Source: Methylococcales bacterium (lineage in GTDB: Bacteria > Pseudomonadota > Gammaproteobacteria > JABHGC01). From it: DNA of 64,000 bases. The notes under the pieces are model-generated. The model was not told the DNA's origin. It made no database searches and saw only the letters and a list, made by a program, of their open reading frames with translations. Where the stretch lies: the NCBI GenBank assembly GCA_018672285.1, contig JABHGC010000237.1, positions 17,883 through 81,882 on the forward strand. The letters are read 5' to 3'. Below are positions 50,001-58,117 of the stretch, one piece after another (the stretch's first letter is position 1; every line of letters begins with the position of its first letter). The position numbers and the translations under genes were made by a program.

Positions 50001-50352
50001 TGGCGGGGCAGACACGGGAACAACAGACGGCGCGACAGCGGATAGTGGCACAGCTGCACCAGCAGACGACACGGCGACAACAGAACCTGCAGCAGATTCA
50101 GGCACAGAAGCACCCGCAGAAGAAACCGCAGCAACAGCAGATGAGCCAGCAAAAGCAGACGCCGATGCCACTCCTGAAGAAGCGGTTGCAGAAGAAGGGG
50201 GAGCCGAGGAAGAAGCAGTAGCAGAAGAAGGTACCGAAGAGACGAAAGAAGACGTTGTAGCGGCCACGGAAGAAGAAGCGCCTCTAGAAGAGCAGCCGCT
50301 GATTGCGGTTGCTGATGCGGGAGATGGTAGTGGTCAGGCCTGCACGCCTTAG
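44041..50352 (+). CDS. TpsA-type large exoprotein (filamentous-haemagglutinin-like, TPS secretion domain plus beta-helical repeats plus acidic Thr/Ala-rich tail)
   Basis: 2103 aa, GTG start. Extended signal peptide, TPS domain 'NFDSFSIGSNETVRFIQPSASSIALNRVLGGSASNILGQLSANGSIFLVNAGGIFI', a long Gly/Thr/Asn/Ser-rich repetitive body, and a C-terminal acidic low-complexity region ending 'EEQPLIAVADAGDGSGQACTP'. Confidence 0.8.
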   Translation: MQTVRSKKLKQTIKSVLGARWVIPVTLVTLPQASNAELTGESIISGSAIFSRPDANTTIITQSSDKLIINFDSFSIGSNETVRFIQPSASSIALNRVLGGSASNILGQLSANGSIFLVNAGGIFIAPTAAIDVSSVIATTLDIANQDFLNNTFQFSKVAGSSFGKVISEGEISVADGGYVVLAGDYVENSGIIQAKLGDVALASGNRISLDLSGDGLIQFAVDQAAVDALAGVNNVGQITANGGNVVMTAKVANDLASTVVQNSGIISAESIAEVNGEIFLSGSGGDVINEGQLVASSTETHGGTVIVQSDSTTLVEGSGSIDVSSVNGTGGQVQVLGERVGLFDQANISASGALGGGEVLIGGDQAGLNPDIQNAKRTAITSEITITADAIQSGNGGKVIVWADENTHFEGNISVKGGQQSGDGGFVEVSGKQNLFFDGTVNTFATNGQQGTLLLDPLDITIVDGAGGANDAELADDSILFADGGAVTFTIAEQTLEAVTGNVILQADNSITVNDLTDNTLDFIGLTSGNTIVFQAGGNIFFAGADDTLDTNNADLHIEGSSVHGTTGTANTSPRSVFSGTGDMTFLGFQIFSDGGTFTGNNINFGAGTTAGAAGNFVGGVAALSENIIISGATTINASGTVNFDVNNSFQLSAPLTVIAVGDINVNGLIVDSVGGGASSPLLMASTTGSITISADMQSSNGNAFALDAANNLTVQFIKSGGTPAAFTSNLDAGGLLNVNAFNAVGGSLDALSGGLLTINSALVTNGGNVSLNSGGGILLNTGFDTGGGFFTANSTNNNITFTAANSDTGGGGTFSATATGTGSISIPAGANISTNNGSFSAVANIGDVSISGLTNAGTGNITVATTTGDLFLLGGLSTSGGFIDIDIVNSGDITVGNTNTTGGGVFDSRIANTGNILFQSGTGIATSGGNILALQLGSGNVTNDGTLNALAGGVQLATTAGTVTSSSTVNAGDFTATAQTLVDLQAGFTSNGTTTIITASTGNVILAGGVTFTNAGGNNVTINAVTDIDINASFTTTGSGPIDFTATNTGGTASVETLTLSTGTLLNTNGGSVNLSETGSGDLRVTGVGVSTVAGAFTASTVAGLITNDTTIETSNGGGGGLLTLSSTGVGAITSTGFLQGGGIVVSNAGNVLISNNISQANDISVSGSNVVLSGFTTDGNATISATDQVTLSNAYQFNNGAVKTFATNATNTVSFAAGANILASGSPLNFSVNSTNGDVQLNGTSINLATGTLSITSGALVDINSALSNLGGLSAVAASDISLNSNVTTSAGNIDLTVTGAANINVGTSSIDTAGGTLTLSSAGGLNVNSSLSVTNAGLTTLQLTGNTDADSLVNLGTINTNAGDLLLKTNTGNQSVTLGALSGNNLTLFSNVMTFSGGANSISGTGILDIKPRFTAANATIDIGTVAGGTGKLVVDTAALADGFSSITIGLSDGDTAVKLGDATFNDPTLIRAPLGAGSITVNGTITLNNNGNVDFQTVGPTLILGGSLTSAGTDITITDDLQINAPFTFSSGVGAGNISLSTIDTAGTPIALTFEAGTGNVVVGNVGASIQPDSFTVTSANTVTAQQINTSGDVNINASTINLQGVVIAAGNFTASGNINLSSSVTADLGITQSAGSLAVSGSLTLTSNGAGTSGISLNDIDGAGSLNLLSLGPAQVGIVGGTTQLTSFFTDVAGSITTGSISTQGSATLISDVDINIASSITSQGGNVIIESLGGVNQSAGTVQSVNGGVRVAGSNVLLSGNVIGGSNTFSNASGIGAILIESTSALTVNNLTANAADNLNIVLDATDITINGFVASNGDTILVATNDVNVNQSVRISANSNSSVEGSVLIQADSDANGVGSLNAISGSEIKGFDITISAAEVNTTGSTVLALSGSPTITLTAAPQDPAADAAAAAAEDAATDAVATTTTDTTTTTTTTTSTGGGFDNTASAPAPDTAAETGTTTTTDTATGDTSTATTSDGGADTGTTDGATADSGTAAPADDTATTEPAADSGTEAPAEETAATADEPAKADADATPEEAVAEEGGAEEEAVAEEGTEETKEDVVAATEEEAPLEEQPLIAVADAGDGSGQACTP
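46470..46478 (+). repeat. G9 homopolymer inside TpsA-1 (in frame as sequenced)
   Basis: 'gatacgggggggggcgg' encodes TGGGG. Confidence 0.9.
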
Positions 50353-50506
50353 TCACTAAGCCTTGGCGCCTATAGATGAGGGTAATCGCTGATGGTTTTT
50401 CAGCTTAAAATATCACAGTATGGAATGTGTGAACTATAATTATTGTTCTCTTTCTCTGTGTCATATGATCAATGCAGAGATTTAATAATGATAAGAATGA
50501 TGGTGG

Positions 50507-53500
50507 GTGCTGATTGTGCGATCAATGGAATTGAAACAGACAATACGGTCTGTGTTGGATGCTCGTTGGGTGTTGCCTGCAACGTTAGCCGCGTTACCGC
50601 AAGTCGCGAGTGCTGAGCTAACAGGCGAGAGTATTATCTCTGGTAGCGCGACTTTCTCAAGGCCAGATGCTAACACCACGGTGATTACCCAATCTTCAGA
50701 TAAACTGGTGATTAATTTCGATAGTTTCTCTATTGGAAGCAATGAAACAGTTCGTTTTATTCAGCCCAGTTCATCCTCTATTGCGTTAAACCGAGTGATT
50801 GGGGGCAGTGCCAGTAATATCTTTGGTCAGTTATCTGCCAATGGCAGTATTTTTCTCATTAATGCCGGTGGCATCTTCATTGCACCCTCCGCAAAGATCG
50901 ATGTGTCCAGTGTGATTGCGACCACTTTAGACATCGCCAATCAAGACTTCCTCAGTAATAAGTTCGAGTTTTCTAAAGTGAATGGTTCGGCCTTAGGTAA
51001 GGTTGTGAACGAAGGTAATATCCAAGTTGCTGAGCGGGGTTTTGCAGTGCTTGCGGGTGACTACACCGAGAATAGTGGCATTATCCAAGCCAAATTAGGC
51101 TCTGTGGCATTGGCCTCAGGCAGCCGGGTGTCGTTGGATTTAGCCGGTGATGGTTTAATTCAGTTTTCTGTGGATGAAGCCAGTGTTGATGCATTATCAG
51201 GTGTCAGCAACGTCGGCCAGATCACCGCCCTTGGTGGCAATGTGGTGATGACCGCTAAGGTGGCGAATGATTTAGCCTCCACAGTGGTGCAAAACAGCGG
51301 CATCATCAGTGCAGAAAGCATTGTTGAGCGTGATGGCAGTATCTTTTTATCGGGTTCAGGTGGAGATGTCATTAACGATGGCCAATTATCTGTGGTGAGC
51401 CGCTCTGAAGTGAATGGCGGAACGGTCATTGTTCAATCAGACAGTACAACCCTAATCGAAGGCAGTGGTTCAATTGACGCCAGCTCATTGAGTGGCGCGG
51501 GCGGACAAGTACAAGTACTCGGTGAGCGAGTGGGGTTGTTTGATCAAGCCAGTGTTTTGGCTTCTGGTGCGCTGGGAGGTGGAGAAATATTGGTTGGTGG
51601 AGACCAAGCTGGTCTTAACCCAGATATTCAAAATGCAAAACGCACAGCGATCACCTCAGAAACAACCCTTAATGCGGATGCGACACAAAGCGGCAATGGG
51701 GGAAAAGTCATTGTCTGGGCCGATGAGAATACTCAGTTTGAAGGGAATATTAGCGTTAAAGGTGGGCAGATCTCTGGTGATGGCGGTTTTGTTGAGGTCT
51801 CAGGAAAAGACAATTTACTTTTTGCCGGGCAGGTTGATACAGGTAGTGTGAATGGCGACATTGGGACGGTACTACTTGACCCTGCCGACATTACGATTAC
51901 TGATGGGGCTACAGCGGGAAGTTTAGATGGTGTCAATGTCGTTGCCTTTGCGGATGCCCCTGCAGGTAACGAGACAATATCAGAGGCTTCACTAGAAGGG
52001 TTGGTTGGGAATATTGTCCTGCAAGCCGATAATTCAATCACCATCAATGATTTGTCGGATAACGAGTTGGCATTGAATGTTGGTGTCGGCAATACCGTTA
52101 TCTTTCAAGCGGGTGGTAATATCGCTTTTCTTGGTGCGGATGATACGCTTACTTCAAATGGTGGCAACATACAAATTGAAGGCAGCTCTATTCATGGCAC
52201 AACATCTAATGCCAATACAAGCGTTCATTCGCTAAATGCAGGTGCCGGAGATATACGAATATTGGGCTTCAATGTATTTTTAGGGGGCGGTACGATAACC
52301 GGTAATATCATTGACGTAGGTTCCTTTGTCAGTGGTGGTAATGCGGGTGATTTTGGGGTAGGTTCTGCTGTCGTTACGAGTAATCAAGTGTTTGTCAGTC
52401 AAGCAACAACGATTAATGGCAATGTAGGTGGTTCGAGCTTGGTTGATTTTGATTCAACGGGGAGTTTGCAGTTGGATGCTGCATTAACCGTGAATTCAAC
52501 CAATGACATTACGGTGACGAGTTCAGCGGTTGATAGTCTTGGGGGGGGGGCAGTTTCACCTTTAAATCTGACATCAACCGCAGGAAGCATCACCATTAAT
52601 GCGGATTTACAGTCATCTAGTGGTAATGCGTTTACCTTAGATGCTGCAAGCAATATTACGACACAATTTATTAAGTCAGGGGGGTCGCCGGTGGCCTTTT
52701 TGTCTAATTTAACGGCAGGAAATTTATTAACCATTAATAATTTCAATGCGACAGAGGGGAGTTTAACCGCTATTAGTGGTGGCCTGACGACGGTCAATGG
52801 GTCATTCATCACGAATGGTGGTGATGTTAATATCACTTCAAATGGTGGTGTGTTAATTACGACCAATATGGATACAGCCGCTGGTGATATATCGATCACG
52901 AATTCGACGGTAGGCCTGATTAATTTCAATCCTGGATTTAGCACCACATCAGGTAATGTTACTCTCACAAACAATGCGAATGTCGCTGCTGGTGTGCAAA
53001 GTGGGTTTATTGATTTTGGCAGTGACATTACAACTGACAGTGGTAACGTCACAATTCAGGCGTTGGGTGATGGTAATGTGTTCATTCCTACGTTTGTAAC
53101 GAATACAGGTGATTTTGCCATATCGGCTACTTCAGGGAGTATCCTGTTTGATGGTCAAGGTAGTGGCACCAACCTATCTGGTAGTGGCAATTTCTCCGCA
53201 TCCACCGTATCGGGTGACATCACTTTTACAGCACCAATAACCGCCGTGAGTGGCAGTAGCTTGAGCATCAATAGTGGCGGCTCCATTAACATGAGTGGTG
53301 CGGTTAATACGAATGGGGGTAGTTTTAGCGCAAGTGGCCTTAATGCTGTCTTTTTGAGTACGACGTTTAATACCAGTGGTGGTGATTTTAGCGTTTTGGC
53401 AACGAATGGCAATATGGATCTTATTGGGCCTCAGGTAAGTACTTCAGGTGGCAATATCGTATTAACATCGCAAGGCAGTGGGTTTGTTCATACTGACAGT

Positions 53501-54745
53501 ATTTTGGATGCAGGCAGTGGTGATATTACGATTACGACAGATAATGATGCGTTTATACATAATAGTGTCACCGGTACAGGTAGCTTACTGATACAACCGT
53601 TCACTGCCGGGACATCGATTGATGTCGGAAATGGTGGAGGCAGTCAACTCATCATAGATTCAGGTGCAATATCACTCTTTAACTCGGCTTTGTCTAGTGT
53701 CACCATTGGGAGTGCCGGAGGGCAAAGCGCCATTACGATTGGGAGTGGTTTTACCCTCAATACCGATTTTGTCTTACAAGCCGATACCGTTACTCAGTTA
53801 AGTGGTGACACGGTGATTACTGCTGTTGCTGTCGGTTTAGATATACAAGCTATTGGCAATATCGATTTAAATAATATTGATGGCTTAGGTAATATTTTGC
53901 TATCAAGTAGTACGGGAAGTGTTTTGCTTGGTGCTGTAGACTCAGCAGGGCTTAGTGTTATTAGCGGTAATGATATTAGTATTAATGCGCTAACAGGCAG
54001 TATCGGCGATATTGTTTTGCAGGCGAATAACGATGTGAATGTATTGTCTGGTGGGAATATTAGAATTGCTTTGTCCGGTAATGCCATTGTTGGAAATGTG
54101 TTTATCACCGCGGATGCCGACGGGAATGGCGTCGGTAACCTGAATACGGATGCAGGTACGCTGATTGCCGGTCAAGATATTACTGTTTCTGCTGTTGAAG
54201 TGAATGATTTAGGCAGCTTTAATGCACTGTCAGGCGCACCTAGCATTACCCTGTCGTCATCAGCTGCAGATCAGGATGCGGCCATTTTAGCTGAGCAACA
54301 AGCGACGGCTGCTGCAGAAGAGGCCGCTTCTACTGCTGCAGAAACAACGACGACTACGACAACGGGATCAACCAGTACGGGGGGTGGTTTTGACAGCACA
54401 GCGTCAGCGCCAGAACCTGATACATCAACCGATACTGCTACAACGTCAGATGCTGGTACAACCGAGTCTGCCTCTTCAGATTCAGGCGCAGCTCCTGCAG
54501 ATGATACGAGTAATAGCGTCGAAGAGCCCGCGGCAGCGGATGCTGAAGCCGCACCAGAAGAGTCGGTTGCCGAAGGGGATTCAGGCACCGCTTCTGAAGA
54601 AGAACCTGCAGCAGAAGAAAGCACAGAGGGTGAAGCAAAAGAGGAAGTTATTGCGGGGACTGAAGACGAGGCACCATTAGAAGAGCAGCCTTTAATCGCG
54701 GTGGCAGATGTTGGTGATGGCGGTGGACAAGCATGTACGCCTTAG
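50507..54745 (+). CDS. second TpsA-type large exoprotein, tandem paralogue
   Basis: 1412 aa, GTG start. The first ~430 aa are near-identical to TpsA-1, including the TPS domain. Divergent repetitive body; C-terminal tail ends 'EEQPLIAVADVGDGGGQACTP'. Confidence 0.8.
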   Translation: MLIVRSMELKQTIRSVLDARWVLPATLAALPQVASAELTGESIISGSATFSRPDANTTVITQSSDKLVINFDSFSIGSNETVRFIQPSSSSIALNRVIGGSASNIFGQLSANGSIFLINAGGIFIAPSAKIDVSSVIATTLDIANQDFLSNKFEFSKVNGSALGKVVNEGNIQVAERGFAVLAGDYTENSGIIQAKLGSVALASGSRVSLDLAGDGLIQFSVDEASVDALSGVSNVGQITALGGNVVMTAKVANDLASTVVQNSGIISAESIVERDGSIFLSGSGGDVINDGQLSVVSRSEVNGGTVIVQSDSTTLIEGSGSIDASSLSGAGGQVQVLGERVGLFDQASVLASGALGGGEILVGGDQAGLNPDIQNAKRTAITSETTLNADATQSGNGGKVIVWADENTQFEGNISVKGGQISGDGGFVEVSGKDNLLFAGQVDTGSVNGDIGTVLLDPADITITDGATAGSLDGVNVVAFADAPAGNETISEASLEGLVGNIVLQADNSITINDLSDNELALNVGVGNTVIFQAGGNIAFLGADDTLTSNGGNIQIEGSSIHGTTSNANTSVHSLNAGAGDIRILGFNVFLGGGTITGNIIDVGSFVSGGNAGDFGVGSAVVTSNQVFVSQATTINGNVGGSSLVDFDSTGSLQLDAALTVNSTNDITVTSSAVDSLGGGAVSPLNLTSTAGSITINADLQSSSGNAFTLDAASNITTQFIKSGGSPVAFLSNLTAGNLLTINNFNATEGSLTAISGGLTTVNGSFITNGGDVNITSNGGVLITTNMDTAAGDISITNSTVGLINFNPGFSTTSGNVTLTNNANVAAGVQSGFIDFGSDITTDSGNVTIQALGDGNVFIPTFVTNTGDFAISATSGSILFDGQGSGTNLSGSGNFSASTVSGDITFTAPITAVSGSSLSINSGGSINMSGAVNTNGGSFSASGLNAVFLSTTFNTSGGDFSVLATNGNMDLIGPQVSTSGGNIVLTSQGSGFVHTDSILDAGSGDITITTDNDAFIHNSVTGTGSLLIQPFTAGTSIDVGNGGGSQLIIDSGAISLFNSALSSVTIGSAGGQSAITIGSGFTLNTDFVLQADTVTQLSGDTVITAVAVGLDIQAIGNIDLNNIDGLGNILLSSSTGSVLLGAVDSAGLSVISGNDISINALTGSIGDIVLQANNDVNVLSGGNIRIALSGNAIVGNVFITADADGNGVGNLNTDAGTLIAGQDITVSAVEVNDLGSFNALSGAPSITLSSSAADQDAAILAEQQATAAAEEAASTAAETTTTTTTGSTSTGGGFDSTASAPEPDTSTDTATTSDAGTTESASSDSGAAPADDTSNSVEEPAAADAEAAPEESVAEGDSGTASEEEPAAEESTEGEAKEEVIAGTEDEAPLEEQPLIAVADVGDGGGQACTP
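52541..52550 (+). repeat. G10 homopolymer inside TpsA-2 (in frame as sequenced)
   Basis: 'agtcttggggggggggcagtt' encodes LGGGA; the paralogous position in TpsA-1 has only G5. Confidence 0.9.
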
Positions 54746-54765
54746 TCAGGTGTTTTAATGGCGGG

Positions 54766-55200
54766 TTATTTCTTAAGTAGCTTTTTTAAGCATTTAATAT
54801 AAGATTTTTCATCGGGTTGGGTTTGATTGACCTGGGCATCATGCAGTGACTTTGCAAGGCACTCAATCATGGTGTGTTCCGTGTTGTGAACGTCAGGAGA
54901 GCCTTTACAGAGTTTCTGATAAATGGCGGTAATGCCTTTAGGTCGATTGGTTTGAACTTGTTCTTGTAATGAAATATGCATACCCATATGTAAAAATGGA
55001 TTACTCTCACCTGACTCTGGTAAGTAGTCTTTCTCTAAATGTTTGAACGGATTGTTGATGGTGGCATGATATTCTGGGTGGTCTTGAATAATGCTGGCAA
55101 TTAACAGTTCTAATGGTTCTAACTTGGCATTACTGTCTTGTGCTTTTTGCCAGGTATCAAAGAAATATTGGCGCATTTGGTTGCGGTCGTTAGAAAACAT
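54766..55200 (-). CDS. DUF1841-family protein
   Basis: 144 aa, 'MFSNDRNQMRQYFFDTWQKAQ...' pattern typical of DUF1841 proteins found next to nth/rnf in gammaproteobacteria. Confidence 0.55.
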   Translation of the reverse strand: MFSNDRNQMRQYFFDTWQKAQDSNAKLEPLELLIASIIQDHPEYHATINNPFKHLEKDYLPESGESNPFLHMGMHISLQEQVQTNRPKGITAIYQKLCKGSPDVHNTEHTMIECLAKSLHDAQVNQTQPDEKSYIKCLKKLLKK

Positions 55201-55844
55201 TAAATCTCCGTCTTATCTTTATATTCGCACAAGTCATAAATTAGGCAGCTACCGCAACGTGGTTTTCGTGCAATGCAGGTGTATCTTCCAAGTAATATGA
55301 GCCAGTGGTGTGCATCTTGATGATAGGCTTTAGGAATAAATTTCATTAATTTTTCCTCCACGATGTTCACATTTTTTCCGGGTGCAATCTTGGTGCGATT
55401 AGACACTCTAAAAATATGTGTGTCGACAGCAATGGTGGGGTGGCCAAAAGCGGTGTTACGAACCACATTCGCCGTTTTATGGCCAACACCGGGTAGTGCC
55501 TCTAAAGCGACTTGATCATCGGGTACCTCGCCATTGTGCAGTTCTATTAGCATTTTGCAGGTTTTGATGGTGTTTTTGGCTTTGGTATTAAATAAACCAA
55601 TGGTTTTGATGTATGTTTTTAAACCTTCTTCACCTAAATCAAAAATAGCCTGAGGCGTGTTCGCAACTTTATATAGGGACTTGGTTGCTTTGTTAACGCT
55701 AACATCTGTCGCTTGAGCTGATAATAAAACAGAAATTAATAGCTCAAATGGGCTGTCAAAGTTGAGTTCTGTGGTTGGGTTTGGGTTGTGTTCTTTGAGA
55801 ATGGCAAAGATTTTTTCGCGCTTGTCTTTATTCATTAGTTGCAA
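55200..55844 (-). CDS. nth: endonuclease III (HhH-GPD, 4Fe-4S)
   Basis: 214 aa with HhH 'LPGVGHKTANVV', catalytic Asp, and C-terminal 'C-x6-C-x2-C-x5-C'. Confidence 0.9.
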   Translation of the reverse strand: MQLMNKDKREKIFAILKEHNPNPTTELNFDSPFELLISVLLSAQATDVSVNKATKSLYKVANTPQAIFDLGEEGLKTYIKTIGLFNTKAKNTIKTCKMLIELHNGEVPDDQVALEALPGVGHKTANVVRNTAFGHPTIAVDTHIFRVSNRTKIAPGKNVNIVEEKLMKFIPKAYHQDAHHWLILLGRYTCIARKPRCGSCLIYDLCEYKDKTEI

Positions 55845-56511
55845 GCACCACTTCGACCGGTTGGCTTTTTGCTTTTGCTGCTAAGCGGTCATCCACAATG
55901 TTTTTAATCGCCAGTAGGCCGCCTAAAACAATAAAAGCACCGGGGGCTAAAATGGCCAATAAAAATCCGCCATAATCAGCCGATAAAATGACGACGTAAG
56001 CTTTCGCCTGTTCTCCTAATAATAAGTCTATGCCCGAGAGCCAAGTACCCTGGCCAATCAACTCTCTTAGGCTACCGAGTATGATGAGTACTGCGCTAAA
56101 GCCTAGCCCCATAAAGAGCCCATCAATGAGAGAGGGTACAATATCATTGCGGGCAGCAAAGGCTTCCGCTCTGGCAATGATGGCACAGTTGGTGACGATC
56201 AACGGGATAAAAATACCCAGCACCAAATATAAACTGTGTAAATAGGCGCTCATCATCATTTCAATGATGGTGACGATGGAGGCAATAATCAGTACAAAGA
56301 CAGGTAGCCGTACTTCTGGTTGTACCCAGTTACGTACCCAGGAGACAATGCCATTTGATGCGATGAGTGTGAGTGTGGTGGCCATGCCTAAGGCAAAACC
56401 ATTGACGGCTGACGTGGTCACCGCTAGTAGAGGGCATAACCCCAGTAATTGAACTAAAGCTGGGTTGTTGTGCCATAAGCCATCTTTGATGATGGTGTGA
56501 GTATCGCTCAT
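55828..56511 (-). CDS. rnfE: Rnf/Rsx electron-transport complex subunit E
   Basis: 227-aa polytopic membrane protein of the RnfA/RnfE family, last gene of the rnf operon before nth. Confidence 0.85.
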   Translation of the reverse strand: MSDTHTIIKDGLWHNNPALVQLLGLCPLLAVTTSAVNGFALGMATTLTLIASNGIVSWVRNWVQPEVRLPVFVLIIASIVTIIEMMMSAYLHSLYLVLGIFIPLIVTNCAIIARAEAFAARNDIVPSLIDGLFMGLGFSAVLIILGSLRELIGQGTWLSGIDLLLGEQAKAYVVILSADYGGFLLAILAPGAFIVLGGLLAIKNIVDDRLAAKAKSQPVEVVLATNE

Positions 56512-57122
56512 GGTAACTCCGCAAAAATGCTGTGTTGCTGTTGCTTAAAATAGCTGAGTGTATGCCGTGTTGCTTTAATGATGGCGCTCGGGCTAATGGT
56601 GGCGCCGGTGAGTTGGTCAAATTCACCACCTAATTTTTTAACCTGCCAGCCGCTCAAGCTTGGATTAGTGAGAGATTTTCCTGTGAACTGCTTTATCCAG
56701 TCTGATTTGCGAATTTCTATTTTATCCCCAAGGCCAGGTGTCTCTTTGTGTTTGTTTACTCTAACGCCTGCAATTTTGCCATTGGTGTAAATGCCAATGA
56801 GTAGCTCTATTTTGCCGCTGTAGCCATCAGGGGAGGTGGCACTGAGTACGGCTGCAACAGGTTTGTTATTGAGTCTTGCTCGGTAAATAGCGTGTTGTCC
56901 TGGGCCGAGTAACGCATCATTGCTTTGGATAATATCACCGGCTAAATCATTGTTATATTCATCTTCAGGAATCATGGTATTTAACTTCTGCAATAAAACG
57001 AGTTGCTCTTCGGCGGCAATTCTCTCTTCTGTGACTTCAAAAGTGGTGGATACCAAACCTGCGCTGATTAATGAGAAAATACTTAATACAGCCGCTGTTG
57101 TGATGATGCGCTTAATGTTCAT
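56508..57122 (-). CDS. rnfG: Rnf complex subunit G (FMN-binding)
   Basis: ORF 56508..57227. Likely start 'MNIKRIITTAAVLS' (ATG 57122..57120), in an ATGA overlap with the rnfD stop. FMN-bind 'TGATISPSAI' motif. Confidence 0.8.
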   Translation of the reverse strand: MNIKRIITTAAVLSIFSLISAGLVSTTFEVTEERIAAEEQLVLLQKLNTMIPEDEYNNDLAGDIIQSNDALLGPGQHAIYRARLNNKPVAAVLSATSPDGYSGKIELLIGIYTNGKIAGVRVNKHKETPGLGDKIEIRKSDWIKQFTGKSLTNPSLSGWQVKKLGGEFDQLTGATISPSAIIKATRHTLSYFKQQQHSIFAELP

Positions 57123-58117
57123 TGGCGCCCACCAAAAACACGAGGCTGTGTGTATTGATCCAGCATAGGGGCTGCCATATTCATTAACAATACAGCGAAA
57201 GCAATCGCATCTGGGTAGCCGCCCCACGTTCTAATGATATAAATTAAGATGCCGATACCCAGGCCGTAGTAAATCCGGCCTTTAATCGTTGTGGCGGCTG
57301 TAATGGGGTCCGTTGCAATGAAGAATGCGCCAATCATGGTCGCACCAGTGATGGTATGAAACCATGGTGTTGCGGTTGTCTCAGGATAAATGACATGAAT
57401 AATGGCTGCAGTGATGATGAGCCCTGCTAGCATCGCAATGGGTATATGCCAAGTAATAATTTTTCGTGCCATTAAATAGAGGCCACCTGCAAGGTAGGCT
57501 ATGCTTAGCCACTGCCATGCAGGAATGAGGTTGAGTTCATTTACACGGTTAATGCTGTGGCTTAAGTTATTCTGTTTTAACTGGGTTTTAAGTTCATCTA
57601 GTGGTGTTGCGCTGGTTAAACTGTCTATATTCCATTGAGTGGGCATGCTTTCGCTGCTGATCGTCAACCAAACTTCAGAGAGTGATGCATCTGGTGTGAG
57701 TACCCAGTGCGTCATGATGGTTGGAAATGAGATTAATAATACGGCAAATCCAATCATCGCGGGATTAAACGGGTTGTAGCCAAGGCCGCCATATAAATGC
57801 TTGGCAATGATAATAGCAAAGAGGGTGCCAATAACCGGGATCCACCACGGCGCTAAAGGGGGGAGACAAAGGGCTAATAATAATCCGGTGATAACGGCGC
57901 TATAGTCACTTAAAAAAGGTAAAATAGGGCGCGCTCTCAGCTTTAATAGTATGGCTTCTGCAGTAACGGCTGTGATGATGGCGAGTACAATATTGAAGAG
58001 TACGCCCCAGCCAAAAAAATGAGTGGCCACAATGATTCCGGGAACCAATGCCAGTAGCACTTGCAGCATCATATCTGAAACGCCTAAAGGCTGTTGTACA
58101 TGAGGTGATGAATGCAT
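57119..58117 (-). CDS. rnfD: Rnf complex subunit D
   Basis: 332-aa membrane protein of the NqrB/RnfD family with 'GGLGYNPFNPA' and flavin-attachment region 'TGATMI'. Confidence 0.9.
   Translation of the reverse strand: MHSSPHVQQPLGVSDMMLQVLLALVPGIIVATHFFGWGVLFNIVLAIITAVTAEAILLKLRARPILPFLSDYSAVITGLLLALCLPPLAPWWIPVIGTLFAIIIAKHLYGGLGYNPFNPAMIGFAVLLISFPTIMTHWVLTPDASLSEVWLTISSESMPTQWNIDSLTSATPLDELKTQLKQNNLSHSINRVNELNLIPAWQWLSIAYLAGGLYLMARKIITWHIPIAMLAGLIITAAIIHVIYPETTATPWFHTITGATMIGAFFIATDPITAATTIKGRIYYGLGIGILIYIIRTWGGYPDAIAFAVLLMNMAAPMLDQYTQPRVFGGRQ

Noticed and set aside
45159-50356. Many long minus-strand ORFs (e.g. 45993..46790, 46800..47477, 47631..48134, 49227..50267, 49949..50356) and plus-strand alternative-frame ORFs inside the TpsA-1 gene; similarly 51160..54638 inside TpsA-2
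   Set aside because: These are low-complexity Pro/Val/Ala/Leu-rich mirror ORFs typical of antisense readings of Gly/Thr/Asn-rich repetitive genes. There are no starts with RBS and no domain signatures.
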